In this document: piece by piece, positions 56,639 to 64,000 of the stretch | Layout of the letters: every line of letters begins with the position of its first letter | Position numbering within the stretch: position 1 is the stretch's first letter | Virus record (IMG/VR): IMGVR_UViG_3300042562_002450 | Location: 1 to 64,000 of that record | Reading direction: 5' to 3' (one strand) | DNA from: a virus | Length of the DNA stretch: 64,000 nt | Made by a program: the position numbers and the translations under genes | Notes under the pieces: generated by a model | What the model was told of the DNA's origin: nothing | The model's input: only the letters and a program-made list of their open reading frames with translations | The model's database searches: none

Positions 56639-56666
56639 TGACTCATGCTTACTTATTAGTATAAAC
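56639..56666 (+). promoter_or_regulatory. Possible sigma70-type promoter
   Basis: TTGACT-N16-TATAAA. Confidence 0.45.
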
Positions 56667-56719
56667 TATAACTCAGATTTACTTCTTCCCGTAACTTAGT
56701 GAATCTTTCAACACCTCTA

Positions 56720-56757
56720 GCCTCTGGCGTTTACCTCCTTTTCGTCAGAGGCCTTTT
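56720..56757 (+). terminator. Terminator-like hairpin
   Basis: GCCTCTGGCG/CGTCAGAGGC stem plus TTTT. Confidence 0.6.
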
Positions 56758-56774
56758 AAATTCAAGGAAATTTT

Positions 56775-57212
56775 ATGACAGAAAAAAATCAATTTGATTT
56801 AAAGATTAATCTATTGCATCAAAAAATTTCAGAACTTCAGAAAGAAGTTGAAAAAACTGAAATTGAAAGAAGAGATAATTATAAAAATTTTAAATCAAAA
56901 GCAAGAGAACAACAACTAAAGCTGTACTCTGAAACCGTAGATGAACTAATTGGTGAACGCTATGGAGATTCTTATTTCGTAACTGCTCTGGCTAAAGTTC
57001 CAGAAGAATGTAGTAATGAAAATGGAGATCACTATACAACTCTTGCCTCTCTTAATTTAAGTAAAGAACAAACAATTAAACTTGTTTATCGACTTGATAG
57101 TTTATTGGTTGCTCATCAAAATGAAGAGGCTGTAGAATCTCAACCAGTTTCTCTATTTAATTTTATGAAGATGTTTAACTTGCCACCTCAAAAAGGCGTT
57201 AAGGCATCTTGA
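56775..57212 (+). CDS. Hypothetical protein
   Basis: AAGGA RBS; coiled-coil N-terminus. Confidence 0.65.
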   Translation: MTEKNQFDLKINLLHQKISELQKEVEKTEIERRDNYKNFKSKAREQQLKLYSETVDELIGERYGDSYFVTALAKVPEECSNENGDHYTTLASLNLSKEQTIKLVYRLDSLLVAHQNEEAVESQPVSLFNFMKMFNLPPQKGVKAS

Positions 57213-58093
57213 TGAAAAGTAATAAAAATGAACTTGAATATCTTAATGCCTTATCCACAATAAGAAATAAAGGTATTCTTGAACCAGACAGAACTGGCAC
57301 TGGGACATTTCGATATCCTGGCATAACAATGAAGTTTGACCTTCAAGACGGCTTCCCTTTACTAACAACAAAGAAGATACTATTTTATCCGATGACAGTC
57401 GAACTACTATGGTTTCTTCAAGGTCGTAATGATCTTAAATGGTTACAAGAAAGGAACTGCAATATCTGGAATTCATGGCATGATGAAAATCATTCTATTG
57501 GAAGAGGATATGGAGTTCAATGGAGAAGATGGGCTAAAGGTGCAATACATTTTGTTGATCAGTTAAAAGAAGTGATCACTACACTTCGGACTAATCCTCA
57601 ATCTCGTCGCATTATAGTCTCAGCTTGGAATGTTGGTGAAATAGAACAAATGGTCTTACCACCTTGTCACTTTGCACATCAATACATTGCCATTAATGGT
57701 ACATTACATATGATAATGCATCAAAGAAGTGGTGATTTTTTTCTTGGTGTTCCTTTTAATATCGCTTCTTATGCTTTACTGTTGCATATTATAGCCAAAG
57801 AAGTTGGAATGAAAGTCGGAACACTAACTCACACTGTTGGTGATGCTCACATATACTCTAATCATATCGATCAAGTAGATGAGCAACTCTCTAGAGAACC
57901 ACTAACACCTCCTGAGTTAATCTTGAGTGATGGTATGTTCTCTCAATCTTGGACAGATAGTAAAGATGAAGCAGGTCTCCTGTGGTGGCTTTTAAATAAA
58001 GCTAGTGAGATCAGTCTTGAAGAAATAAAAGACATGATAAAGTTAGATAACTATCAATGTCATTCTTTCATTAAAGCTCCAGTAGCTGTGTAA
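57209..58093 (+). CDS. thyA: Thymidylate synthase
   Basis: DRTGTGT, ELLWFL, SRRIIVSAWN, LPPCH, QRSGDFFLGVPFN, AHIY. Confidence 0.97.
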   Translation: MMKSNKNELEYLNALSTIRNKGILEPDRTGTGTFRYPGITMKFDLQDGFPLLTTKKILFYPMTVELLWFLQGRNDLKWLQERNCNIWNSWHDENHSIGRGYGVQWRRWAKGAIHFVDQLKEVITTLRTNPQSRRIIVSAWNVGEIEQMVLPPCHFAHQYIAINGTLHMIMHQRSGDFFLGVPFNIASYALLLHIIAKEVGMKVGTLTHTVGDAHIYSNHIDQVDEQLSREPLTPPELILSDGMFSQSWTDSKDEAGLLWWLLNKASEISLEEIKDMIKLDNYQCHSFIKAPVAV

Positions 58094-58182
58094 GAAAAAG
58101 TTAGCCTCTAAAACTTTTACGGCCTCCCCGATCTATGTGATTATTATTATAAGTAGTCATATGAATCTGGGGAGGTTTTTTT

Positions 58183-58395
58183 ATGGCAAAGTCCAGAAAG
58201 TGCAGATGCAATACAATTGCACGAGACGAGGATCGTGACTTCTTACTAACAAACCATCACCCGCAATGTCCAGTGTTCAATCCAGCATCAGAACTTTTTG
58301 ATCTTGAAATGCAATGCCGAAAATTCATGGGCATTATCATAGAGCTTAAAGGTAAGATTAGCGAGATGCAGAATATTGCTGATCGGGTTGATTAA
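58183..58395 (+). CDS. Hypothetical protein
   Basis: GGAGG RBS; CRC..H..C. Confidence 0.55.
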   Translation: MAKSRKCRCNTIARDEDRDFLLTNHHPQCPVFNPASELFDLEMQCRKFMGIIIELKGKISEMQNIADRVD

Positions 58396-58655
58396 TGAAA
58401 AAAATATTACTCTATGTGTTTTTGATAGTTATATCTGATCCATATAGAGGAATTAACTATAATCAAATTAATGTCTATGATGTGAATTACTGTAGTAATT
58501 ATTGCTATAACCAAAACGATAAAGACTATGCATATTTTGACAATGAAGATGTTGAAGAAATAGAAGATGACTATAGAGATGGAGAGGACTCAGAAGATTC
58601 AGAAGACAATATGCCTTTAATCTTTAATCTTGACGATTGGTTGAAAAAAAAATAA
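58395..58655 (+). CDS. Hypothetical acidic secreted protein
   Basis: Hydrophobic N-terminus and Asp/Glu-rich tail. Confidence 0.5.
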   Translation: MKKILLYVFLIVISDPYRGINYNQINVYDVNYCSNYCYNQNDKDYAYFDNEDVEEIEDDYRDGEDSEDSEDNMPLIFNLDDWLKKK

Positions 58656-58829
58656 AATTCAGATGTATGGTTCAGACCGTCCACTAGATTTTATTCATAT
58701 TAGTCACATGAAAATACTTCTATGATTCTGGATTAGGTATCAGTTACTCTTAGGAATGACTAATCCTTTGGCTCGATAGCAGATATTAGATACCCACGCG
58801 AGCGTCTGTAATAGAGCACTTTCAATTTT

Positions 58830-58906
58830 GGTCCCAGGGTCTGCTTGGTGAAGACGCCGGCCTGTCACGCTGGAGATGCCCGGTTCGAATCCGGGTGGGA
58901 CCGCCA
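58830..58906 (+). tRNA. tRNA-Asp(GTC)
   Basis: Cloverleaf, loop CTGTCAC, encoded CCA; G at positions 8 and 14. Confidence 0.88.
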
Positions 58907-58922
58907 TTTTTTAAAGGTATTA

Positions 58923-59132
58923 ATGAAACACATAGATGGTAAAGTTAGAATCCTTCACACTGAAGGAGCAGATGTAATTCTTAAAACTGATTCAGGTTTT
59001 AAATTTCCAGTTCCACTTAATGTTATCATTGGTCTTTTAGATAAAGGCTATGAAGCAATTACTTACAAGAGCTATATAAGAAAAGAATTAATTAAATTAA
59101 ATGTTTTTACCCCACCAGCAGATTTAGTATAA
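58923..59132 (+). CDS. Hypothetical protein
   Basis: AAGG RBS; start reassigned to lie outside the tRNA. Confidence 0.6.
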   Translation: MKHIDGKVRILHTEGADVILKTDSGFKFPVPLNVIIGLLDKGYEAITYKSYIRKELIKLNVFTPPADLV

Positions 59133-59162
59133 TCTAAATCAAATAAAAAAAAAGGACTAGAA

Positions 59163-60032
59163 ATGAAAAAGACTTTATGTCTATTGCTATTGCTATGTAG
59201 TATGTTTGCTTTCGGAACTACAAAGCAAGTAGATGTCATCTACGGAAAAGATAACAGAAAAGATCTCTATGAAGTTACATCAGAGTTATATCTTGAGCTA
59301 GCAAGAAGCACAGCAGGAATGATCTCTCATAGTGCAATTCAACCATTAGCTAATGAGACTTACAAGATTTCAGGAGATCCACTTACTTCTCGTGGTATCT
59401 GTGCTAAAGAAAAATTCTCAAATCAAATCTCAGCTGCTAACTGCTCTGGTTTTTTAGTTGGAGAAGACCTCCTTGCTACTGCTGGTCATTGTATTAGAAA
59501 TGCTACAGACTGTGCATCTTATTCTTGGGTCTTTGATTATGCTTTAACTAGTTCCTCTCAAAAAGAAATTACAGTTCCAAAGAGTAGTATCTACAAATGC
59601 AAAGAAGTCATTAGAACAATTGTGAATCCAACAGATATGATGGATTATGCATTAATTAGACTAGATCGAAAAGCTACAAATCGAAAGCCACTTGAATTTA
59701 GAAAAGCAGGTAGCCCAAAAGTTGGAGACAATCTAGTTGTTATTGGATGCCCTACTGGTATACCCCTTAAAGTTGCAGATGCTGCAAAAGTAAGATCTTT
59801 AAAAGGAACCCACTTTGTTACAAACCTAGATACTTATGGTGGCAATTCTGGTTCTCCTGTCTTCAATGCTGATACTGGTTTAGTAGAAGGCATTTTGGTT
59901 CGTGGTGAAACAGACTACGTTAGAGACCCTTCTGGTTGTGCAGTCTCAAATGTTTGTGCAGATACAGGATGTCGCGGTGAAGATGTAAGCTATTCAAATG
60001 ATCTTAAGAATTTAATTAAGAATACAAAGTAA
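59163..60032 (+). CDS. Secreted trypsin-like serine protease
   Basis: Signal peptide; TAGHC, DYALIRL, GGNSGSP triad. Confidence 0.92.
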   Translation: MKKTLCLLLLLCSMFAFGTTKQVDVIYGKDNRKDLYEVTSELYLELARSTAGMISHSAIQPLANETYKISGDPLTSRGICAKEKFSNQISAANCSGFLVGEDLLATAGHCIRNATDCASYSWVFDYALTSSSQKEITVPKSSIYKCKEVIRTIVNPTDMMDYALIRLDRKATNRKPLEFRKAGSPKVGDNLVVIGCPTGIPLKVADAAKVRSLKGTHFVTNLDTYGGNSGSPVFNADTGLVEGILVRGETDYVRDPSGCAVSNVCADTGCRGEDVSYSNDLKNLIKNTK

Positions 60033-60041
60033 AGAGGCTAT

Positions 60042-60740
60042 ATGTTAAATGAAAATGACTTAGAAATAGAAATCAATAATGCTTTTAATAGTAAAGAAAA
60101 CCTCAGACCTAAAGTCGAGTCTATGTTTGCTATGCAAGATGCATTAAATACTCTAATTGATCCTGATTGGACTTCTCATCAACATTGGGACTTTCAACGT
60201 GCGACTATGGTTGAACTTGTAGAGCTAATGGATCATTATGGTTATAAGTGGTGGAAGAAACAAGAACCTAACTTAGAGCAATGTAAGTTAGAAATTATCG
60301 ATATTGCTCACTTTCATATTTCTTATCTTATTCAGAAATCAATAAGAGAAGGAAATCAATATGACTTTTGTGTTGATGACTTTTTAAGTAAACTTACACC
60401 TATTCAGTATGAAATTAATCCTGAAGTTGTTCGTAGTGTTATTGATGAAGCGGTTTACTTTGCTTCGGTTAAAGAGTTTAGTACAGAAGTCTTAGCTCTT
60501 CTTATGAATGTCTTTGAAATTACGCCTGAAGTATTATGTAATCATTACATTGTAAAGAATACATTAAATATTTTTAGAGCCAAAAATGGATATAAATCAG
60601 GAAGCTATATTAAGACATGGAATGGTAAAGAAGATAATGAAGTATTGCTAGAAGTTTATTCAACAACGAATCAATCTTCTTCAACTCTTGCTGATGATCT
60701 TTATTCTAAACTTGAGGAAGCTTACAAAGAAGTAGCATAA
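60042..60740 (+). CDS. dut: Dimeric all-alpha dUTPase
   Basis: ELVELMDH..YKWWK, EIIDIAHF, KN.LN.FR.KNGY. Confidence 0.88.
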   Translation: MLNENDLEIEINNAFNSKENLRPKVESMFAMQDALNTLIDPDWTSHQHWDFQRATMVELVELMDHYGYKWWKKQEPNLEQCKLEIIDIAHFHISYLIQKSIREGNQYDFCVDDFLSKLTPIQYEINPEVVRSVIDEAVYFASVKEFSTEVLALLMNVFEITPEVLCNHYIVKNTLNIFRAKNGYKSGSYIKTWNGKEDNEVLLEVYSTTNQSSSTLADDLYSKLEEAYKEVA

Positions 60741-60742
60741 GT

Positions 60743-61318
60743 ATGTTCTATCTTTTAGATAATCTTTTCAATAAAGAAGAAGCAAGTGTAATAATAAAAG
60801 AACATTGTGGAGAAGGGAACATTGGGAATAATGAAATCCTAACTTCACAAATTATTTTAAATACTCCACTTGATATTTTGTTAAAGAAACTTAATATTCA
60901 TTTTAAGGATTTAAAATCTGATATTAAAAGAGAGATGTACTACGATAAAGTAATAGCAATAAAGAATCCAAATACAGAAGGGCAAACTCACCCTATGCAT
61001 TTTGATCAATCTGTTAGTCTATATCCTAATGAAGTAGCACTCTCTGCTTTTGTATCTTTAGTCTACTTATCGGGTAGCGAAGACTTTAAGGGTGGACAAC
61101 TCTATTTTCCTTTTCAAAAAAAGATTATAGAACCAGAGGTAGGAAGGATGATTACTTTCCCATCTGGACCACTTTACCCTCATAAGATTTTACCTTTTCA
61201 AGGAAATCCAAGATATCTATTAAGGATCTTTCACATCTTTAATTCTGAACTAGAAATTGATGATAGAGAAGATCTAACAACTGCACTACAAATTAAACAA
61301 GAGAAAAAAGAATTATGA
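60743..61318 (+). CDS. 2OG-Fe(II) oxygenase
   Basis: HxD (MHFD), YLSG..DFKGGQL, FPS..YPH, RY. Confidence 0.85.
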   Translation: MFYLLDNLFNKEEASVIIKEHCGEGNIGNNEILTSQIILNTPLDILLKKLNIHFKDLKSDIKREMYYDKVIAIKNPNTEGQTHPMHFDQSVSLYPNEVALSAFVSLVYLSGSEDFKGGQLYFPFQKKIIEPEVGRMITFPSGPLYPHKILPFQGNPRYLLRIFHIFNSELEIDDREDLTTALQIKQEKKEL

Positions 61319-61581
61319 AAAATCTAATTATTGCCTTTATTGCCTTTGTTGCTTTTAGTACTTACGCAAGCACAGCAGCAATTCCAGTTCAGTGTCGAAT
61401 GAATCTAAGATACGGTGGTATCTTTTATGTTCAATGTCCACGAACAATGGTAGCTCAGGGAACTGACATCTGGATTAGTCCAGGTCCATATCCTAATGCT
61501 CAAGTAAGAGTGCAATGTGCAATACCTGAAATTGTTTGTAATGATTTAACTAAAAAAGATTTGCAAAACAAAAGAAACTAG
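61315..61581 (+). CDS. Small secreted Cys-containing protein
   Basis: Signal peptide; four Cys. Confidence 0.6.
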   Translation: MKNLIIAFIAFVAFSTYASTAAIPVQCRMNLRYGGIFYVQCPRTMVAQGTDIWISPGPYPNAQVRVQCAIPEIVCNDLTKKDLQNKRN

Positions 61582-61704
61582 TTTAATATATTCTTTATGA
61601 ACAAATCACATACACAATCGCAGATCTATTCGGATAATACTGATTATCAATCTGGGGTAAAGTTGTTTGTTTAGAACTAGAATATAAAACAAAAAACTAA
61701 CAAG

Positions 61705-61733
61705 AACCCAGAATAAAATCTGGGTTTTTTTTT
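61705..61733 (+). terminator. Rho-independent terminator
   Basis: AACCCAGA-ATAAAA-TCTGGGTT plus T run. Confidence 0.8.
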
Positions 61734-61742
61734 GCTTAAAGC

Positions 61743-61832
61743 GGAAGATTGGCCGAGTGGTTTAAGGCAGCAGTTTTGAAAACTGCCATCGGTGAAAGCC
61801 GGTCCTGGGTTCAAATCCTAGATCTTCCGCCA
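61743..61832 (+). tRNA. tRNA-Ser(TGA)
   Basis: Class II cloverleaf with long variable arm, loop TTTGAAA, encoded CCA. Confidence 0.92.
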
Positions 61833-61835
61833 TTG

Positions 61836-61902
61836 TTTAACTTGTCACATATGATTAATTAAGGCTGTTTTTGGCTTTAACTTGTCATATATGCTTAATT
61901 AA
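61836..61902. repeat. 27-bp direct repeat pair, period 40
   Basis: TTTAACTTGTCA(C/T)ATATG(A/C)TTAATTAA at 61836 and 61876. Confidence 0.85.
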
Positions 61903-61912
61903 TAAAGGTATT

Positions 61913-62086
61913 ATGATTAGATTTCAAAAGATTAAAGACAAGGATAATGAGTTTGATAATACCGATGTTTTAATAGAAACAATATCTATAACTGTAACTG
62001 ACCTTTTAGAAGACTTTAAGCATTTTTTAAATGCTTGTGGTTATATTATTAATGGGACTTTAGTAGTTGAACCAGATGAAGAATAA
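61913..62086 (+). CDS. Hypothetical protein
   Basis: AAGG RBS; F..FL.ACGY motif. Confidence 0.55.
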   Translation: MIRFQKIKDKDNEFDNTDVLIETISITVTDLLEDFKHFLNACGYIINGTLVVEPDEE

Positions 62087-62173
62087 ATAAAAACAAGGAA
62101 TAAATTATGTTTATAAATTGTAAAAGTTGGAGAACAGGTGTTGATTAAGTAACTTATTACTTAGGAGACAGAC

Positions 62174-62725
62174 ATGTGGATCAACACAGAAGATTACTGC
62201 AGTGATAAGCAGTATAAAAAAATTCAAGAAACTTGGATCAAACATTACCAAGCTGAATTAGAGAAGAGATCCTATTACGAATCTTCTCATGTTCGCTTTG
62301 TAAGAATTCAAGAGTTATATTTTGATGGCAGAATGCGTAAGCGTCTTGAGCTAATGGATTTTAAACAATTCCAAAAGCGGCTGACAAGAAATGAATACAA
62401 CTATTATTACTATAAACGTTGGAATCATAATTGCTTACGTAACCACATTAAATATAATGTACATGGTAGAAAACATCCGGTTGATTATTCTGAAAAGAAA
62501 ATTTTAACGGAAGATCAAATTGCAAAACGTGAGTGGCGCAATAAAGTTAAAGATCCTAGAGATCAGAAGTTTCCGAAGAACTATCGTGGAGCTGTTTCAG
62601 CTTTTAAGCATGACACAAGAAGACTACATAGAGCTTTTGAAAAGCACTGTTTGGTAAATAACCAAGTTGACAAGCTTCATCAACGCACTTGGAAACAAAT
62701 GGCTGATTGGTGGAGTTATGATTAA
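62174..62725 (+). CDS. Hypothetical basic protein
   Basis: AGGAG RBS; Arg/Lys/Tyr-rich. Confidence 0.65.
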   Translation: MWINTEDYCSDKQYKKIQETWIKHYQAELEKRSYYESSHVRFVRIQELYFDGRMRKRLELMDFKQFQKRLTRNEYNYYYYKRWNHNCLRNHIKYNVHGRKHPVDYSEKKILTEDQIAKREWRNKVKDPRDQKFPKNYRGAVSAFKHDTRRLHRAFEKHCLVNNQVDKLHQRTWKQMADWWSYD

Positions 62726-62812
62726 TAAAAAGATAGTGTCACCTACGACGAGCCTCATCTTAGTGGCCGTGCCTAGTGGTGAGTGAGGGGACGCTGCAGC
62801 GAACATATAAAT

Positions 62813-62890
62813 AGGGGTATCGGCAAGTTGGCTTAAGCCAGTGGATTTTGATTCCACGATTCGGTGGTTCAAATCCATCTACCCCTACCA
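62813..62890 (+). tRNA. tRNA-Gln(TTG)
   Basis: Cloverleaf, stem GTGGA/TCCAC, loop TTTTGAT, encoded CCA. Confidence 0.88.
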
Positions 62891-62892
62891 AT

Positions 62893-62978
62893 GGTGTGGT
62901 ATGCAAGTGGTTAAAGCGCGCAGACTGTAAATCTGTTCTCTTCGGGGTTCGTAGGTTCAAATCCTACCCGCACCACCA
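62893..62978 (+). tRNA. tRNA-Tyr(GTA)
   Basis: Class II cloverleaf, loop CTGTAAA, encoded CCA. Confidence 0.92.
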
Positions 62979-62998
62979 TTCTCTAAAGGAGATAAGTT

Positions 62999-63343
62999 AT
63001 GTTGAAACAAGAATATATTTACAATGCTTTAATTACAAATGTTGTAGACGGTGATACAGTGGATCTAATGGTCGACTTGGGCTTCGGGACATATCGACAA
63101 GACAGATTTAGATTAGCAAGAATCAATACTGCTGAATTAAACTCTAAAATTGAAGATGAAAAAAAGCTTGCACAAGATGCTAAGAATTGGATGATGGCTT
63201 TTCTTAATCAGAAAGTTATATTTAAAAGTATGAGAAAAGATAAGTATGGAAGATACTTAGCTGAATTATATTTACCAGATCAAACAGTATCTCTTAATCA
63301 AAGACTTATTGATAGTGGACTAGCTCAATTATATATAGGCTAA
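62999..63343 (+). CDS. Thermonuclease (SNase-like) family protein
   Basis: VVDGDT, RLARINTAE, DKYGRYLA. Confidence 0.88.
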   Translation: MLKQEYIYNALITNVVDGDTVDLMVDLGFGTYRQDRFRLARINTAELNSKIEDEKKLAQDAKNWMMAFLNQKVIFKSMRKDKYGRYLAELYLPDQTVSLNQRLIDSGLAQLYIG

Positions 63344-63394
63344 CAGGGCGCAGGCTCAAAACCTGTATATCCGAACATTTTATAAAAGGAAAGT

Positions 63395-64000
63395 ATGAGC
63401 GAAAAATTAGTTATCAAAGTTAATAAACAGGATGGATTCAGTGATGAGCAATTTAAAAAATACTTAAATGCTATTGAGCTAACTCAGAAAGTTATTAATG
63501 CAAAACGCTTTGAAGAAAAGCTAATGAAATTAAAACTTACTAATACTAATGGATTAACAAATGAAGAAATTTTTAGTAAAATGAGATCAGGTGCTGAAAA
63601 TCTTGATCCTGTAGTGGATAATGAGGTTGATGTTTTTATAACTATGTATTATAAAAATAACAGTACTGTTGGATATACATTTCCTTCAGTTAAGGATACG
63701 TGGGTTAATAGCAAGTTCTTTAACTCATATGAGCCTGCTGATATAGGTTGTAACTTGATTCATGAATGGTTACATAAGCTTGGGTTCGATCATGCTTCTG
63801 CCAAGGAACATACAAGTGTTCCTTACGCAGTAGGGTATTTGGTTGAAGAGTGCATTAGAGAAATGGAGAAAAGTCCTCATCTTTATGATGATGAAATTTC
63901 GCCTCCAGTTTCTAGTCCAGAGACTAAGCCATTACCTACTCCTCTTCCTGAACCTGTGCCAGAACCTGAACAAGTTAAGAAGAAAGTATGTAAAAGATTA
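63395..64000 (+). CDS. Metzincin-type zinc metallopeptidase-like protein (truncated by window end)
   Basis: Open frame from ATG 63395 to the end; HEWLHKLGFDH (HExxHxxGxxH); Pro-rich tail. Confidence 0.75.
   Translation, partial: MSEKLVIKVNKQDGFSDEQFKKYLNAIELTQKVINAKRFEEKLMKLKLTNTNGLTNEEIFSKMRSGAENLDPVVDNEVDVFITMYYKNNSTVGYTFPSVKDTWVNSKFFNSYEPADIGCNLIHEWLHKLGFDHASAKEHTSVPYAVGYLVEECIREMEKSPHLYDDEISPPVSSPETKPLPTPLPEPVPEPEQVKKKVCKRL

Noticed and set aside
58845-58922. Track start of ORF 58845-59132
   Set aside because: It lies inside tRNA-Asp; the ATG at 58923 with an RBS is preferred.
62624-63054. Minus-strand ORFs 62624-62878, 62760-62960 and 62848-63054
   Set aside because: They are antisense translations of the tRNA-Gln and tRNA-Tyr genes.
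1-64000. Stop-codon reassignment (alternative genetic code)
   Set aside because: Conserved genes are full length in the standard code, TAG and TGA end genes at sensible positions, and no suppressor tRNA is seen.

Overview
AT-rich, densely coding, almost all + strand segment of a large lytic-type dsDNA phage genome. No capsid, tail, terminase, integrase or CRISPR array is visible in this window. It encodes a replication, recombination and nucleotide module: a DnaE split into two ORFs around an ATP-dependent ligase, primase-helicase, RecA, RusA, a Cas4-like nuclease, NrdAB, ThyA, dimeric dUTPase and spore photoproduct lyase. It also carries proteostasis genes (GroES/GroEL, an atypical ClpX, ClpP, thioredoxin), six canonical tRNAs, three aberrant tRNA-like elements, and many hairpin-rich intergenic regions that look like ncRNAs. 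Several secreted hydrolases suggest, by inference only, a Bdellovibrionota-like host. The most striking locus is 21956-28147: a PRTRC-like ubiquitin conjugation cassette (Ubl ending GTKG, two unknowns, E2, JAB, E1/ThiF; no ParB) runs directly into a small unknown gene, a minimal retron-type reverse transcriptase, a SpoVG-like protein with an SSB-type DDIPF tail, and a structured non-coding element. All family assignments are from motif recognition by eye; no searches or folding programs were run.
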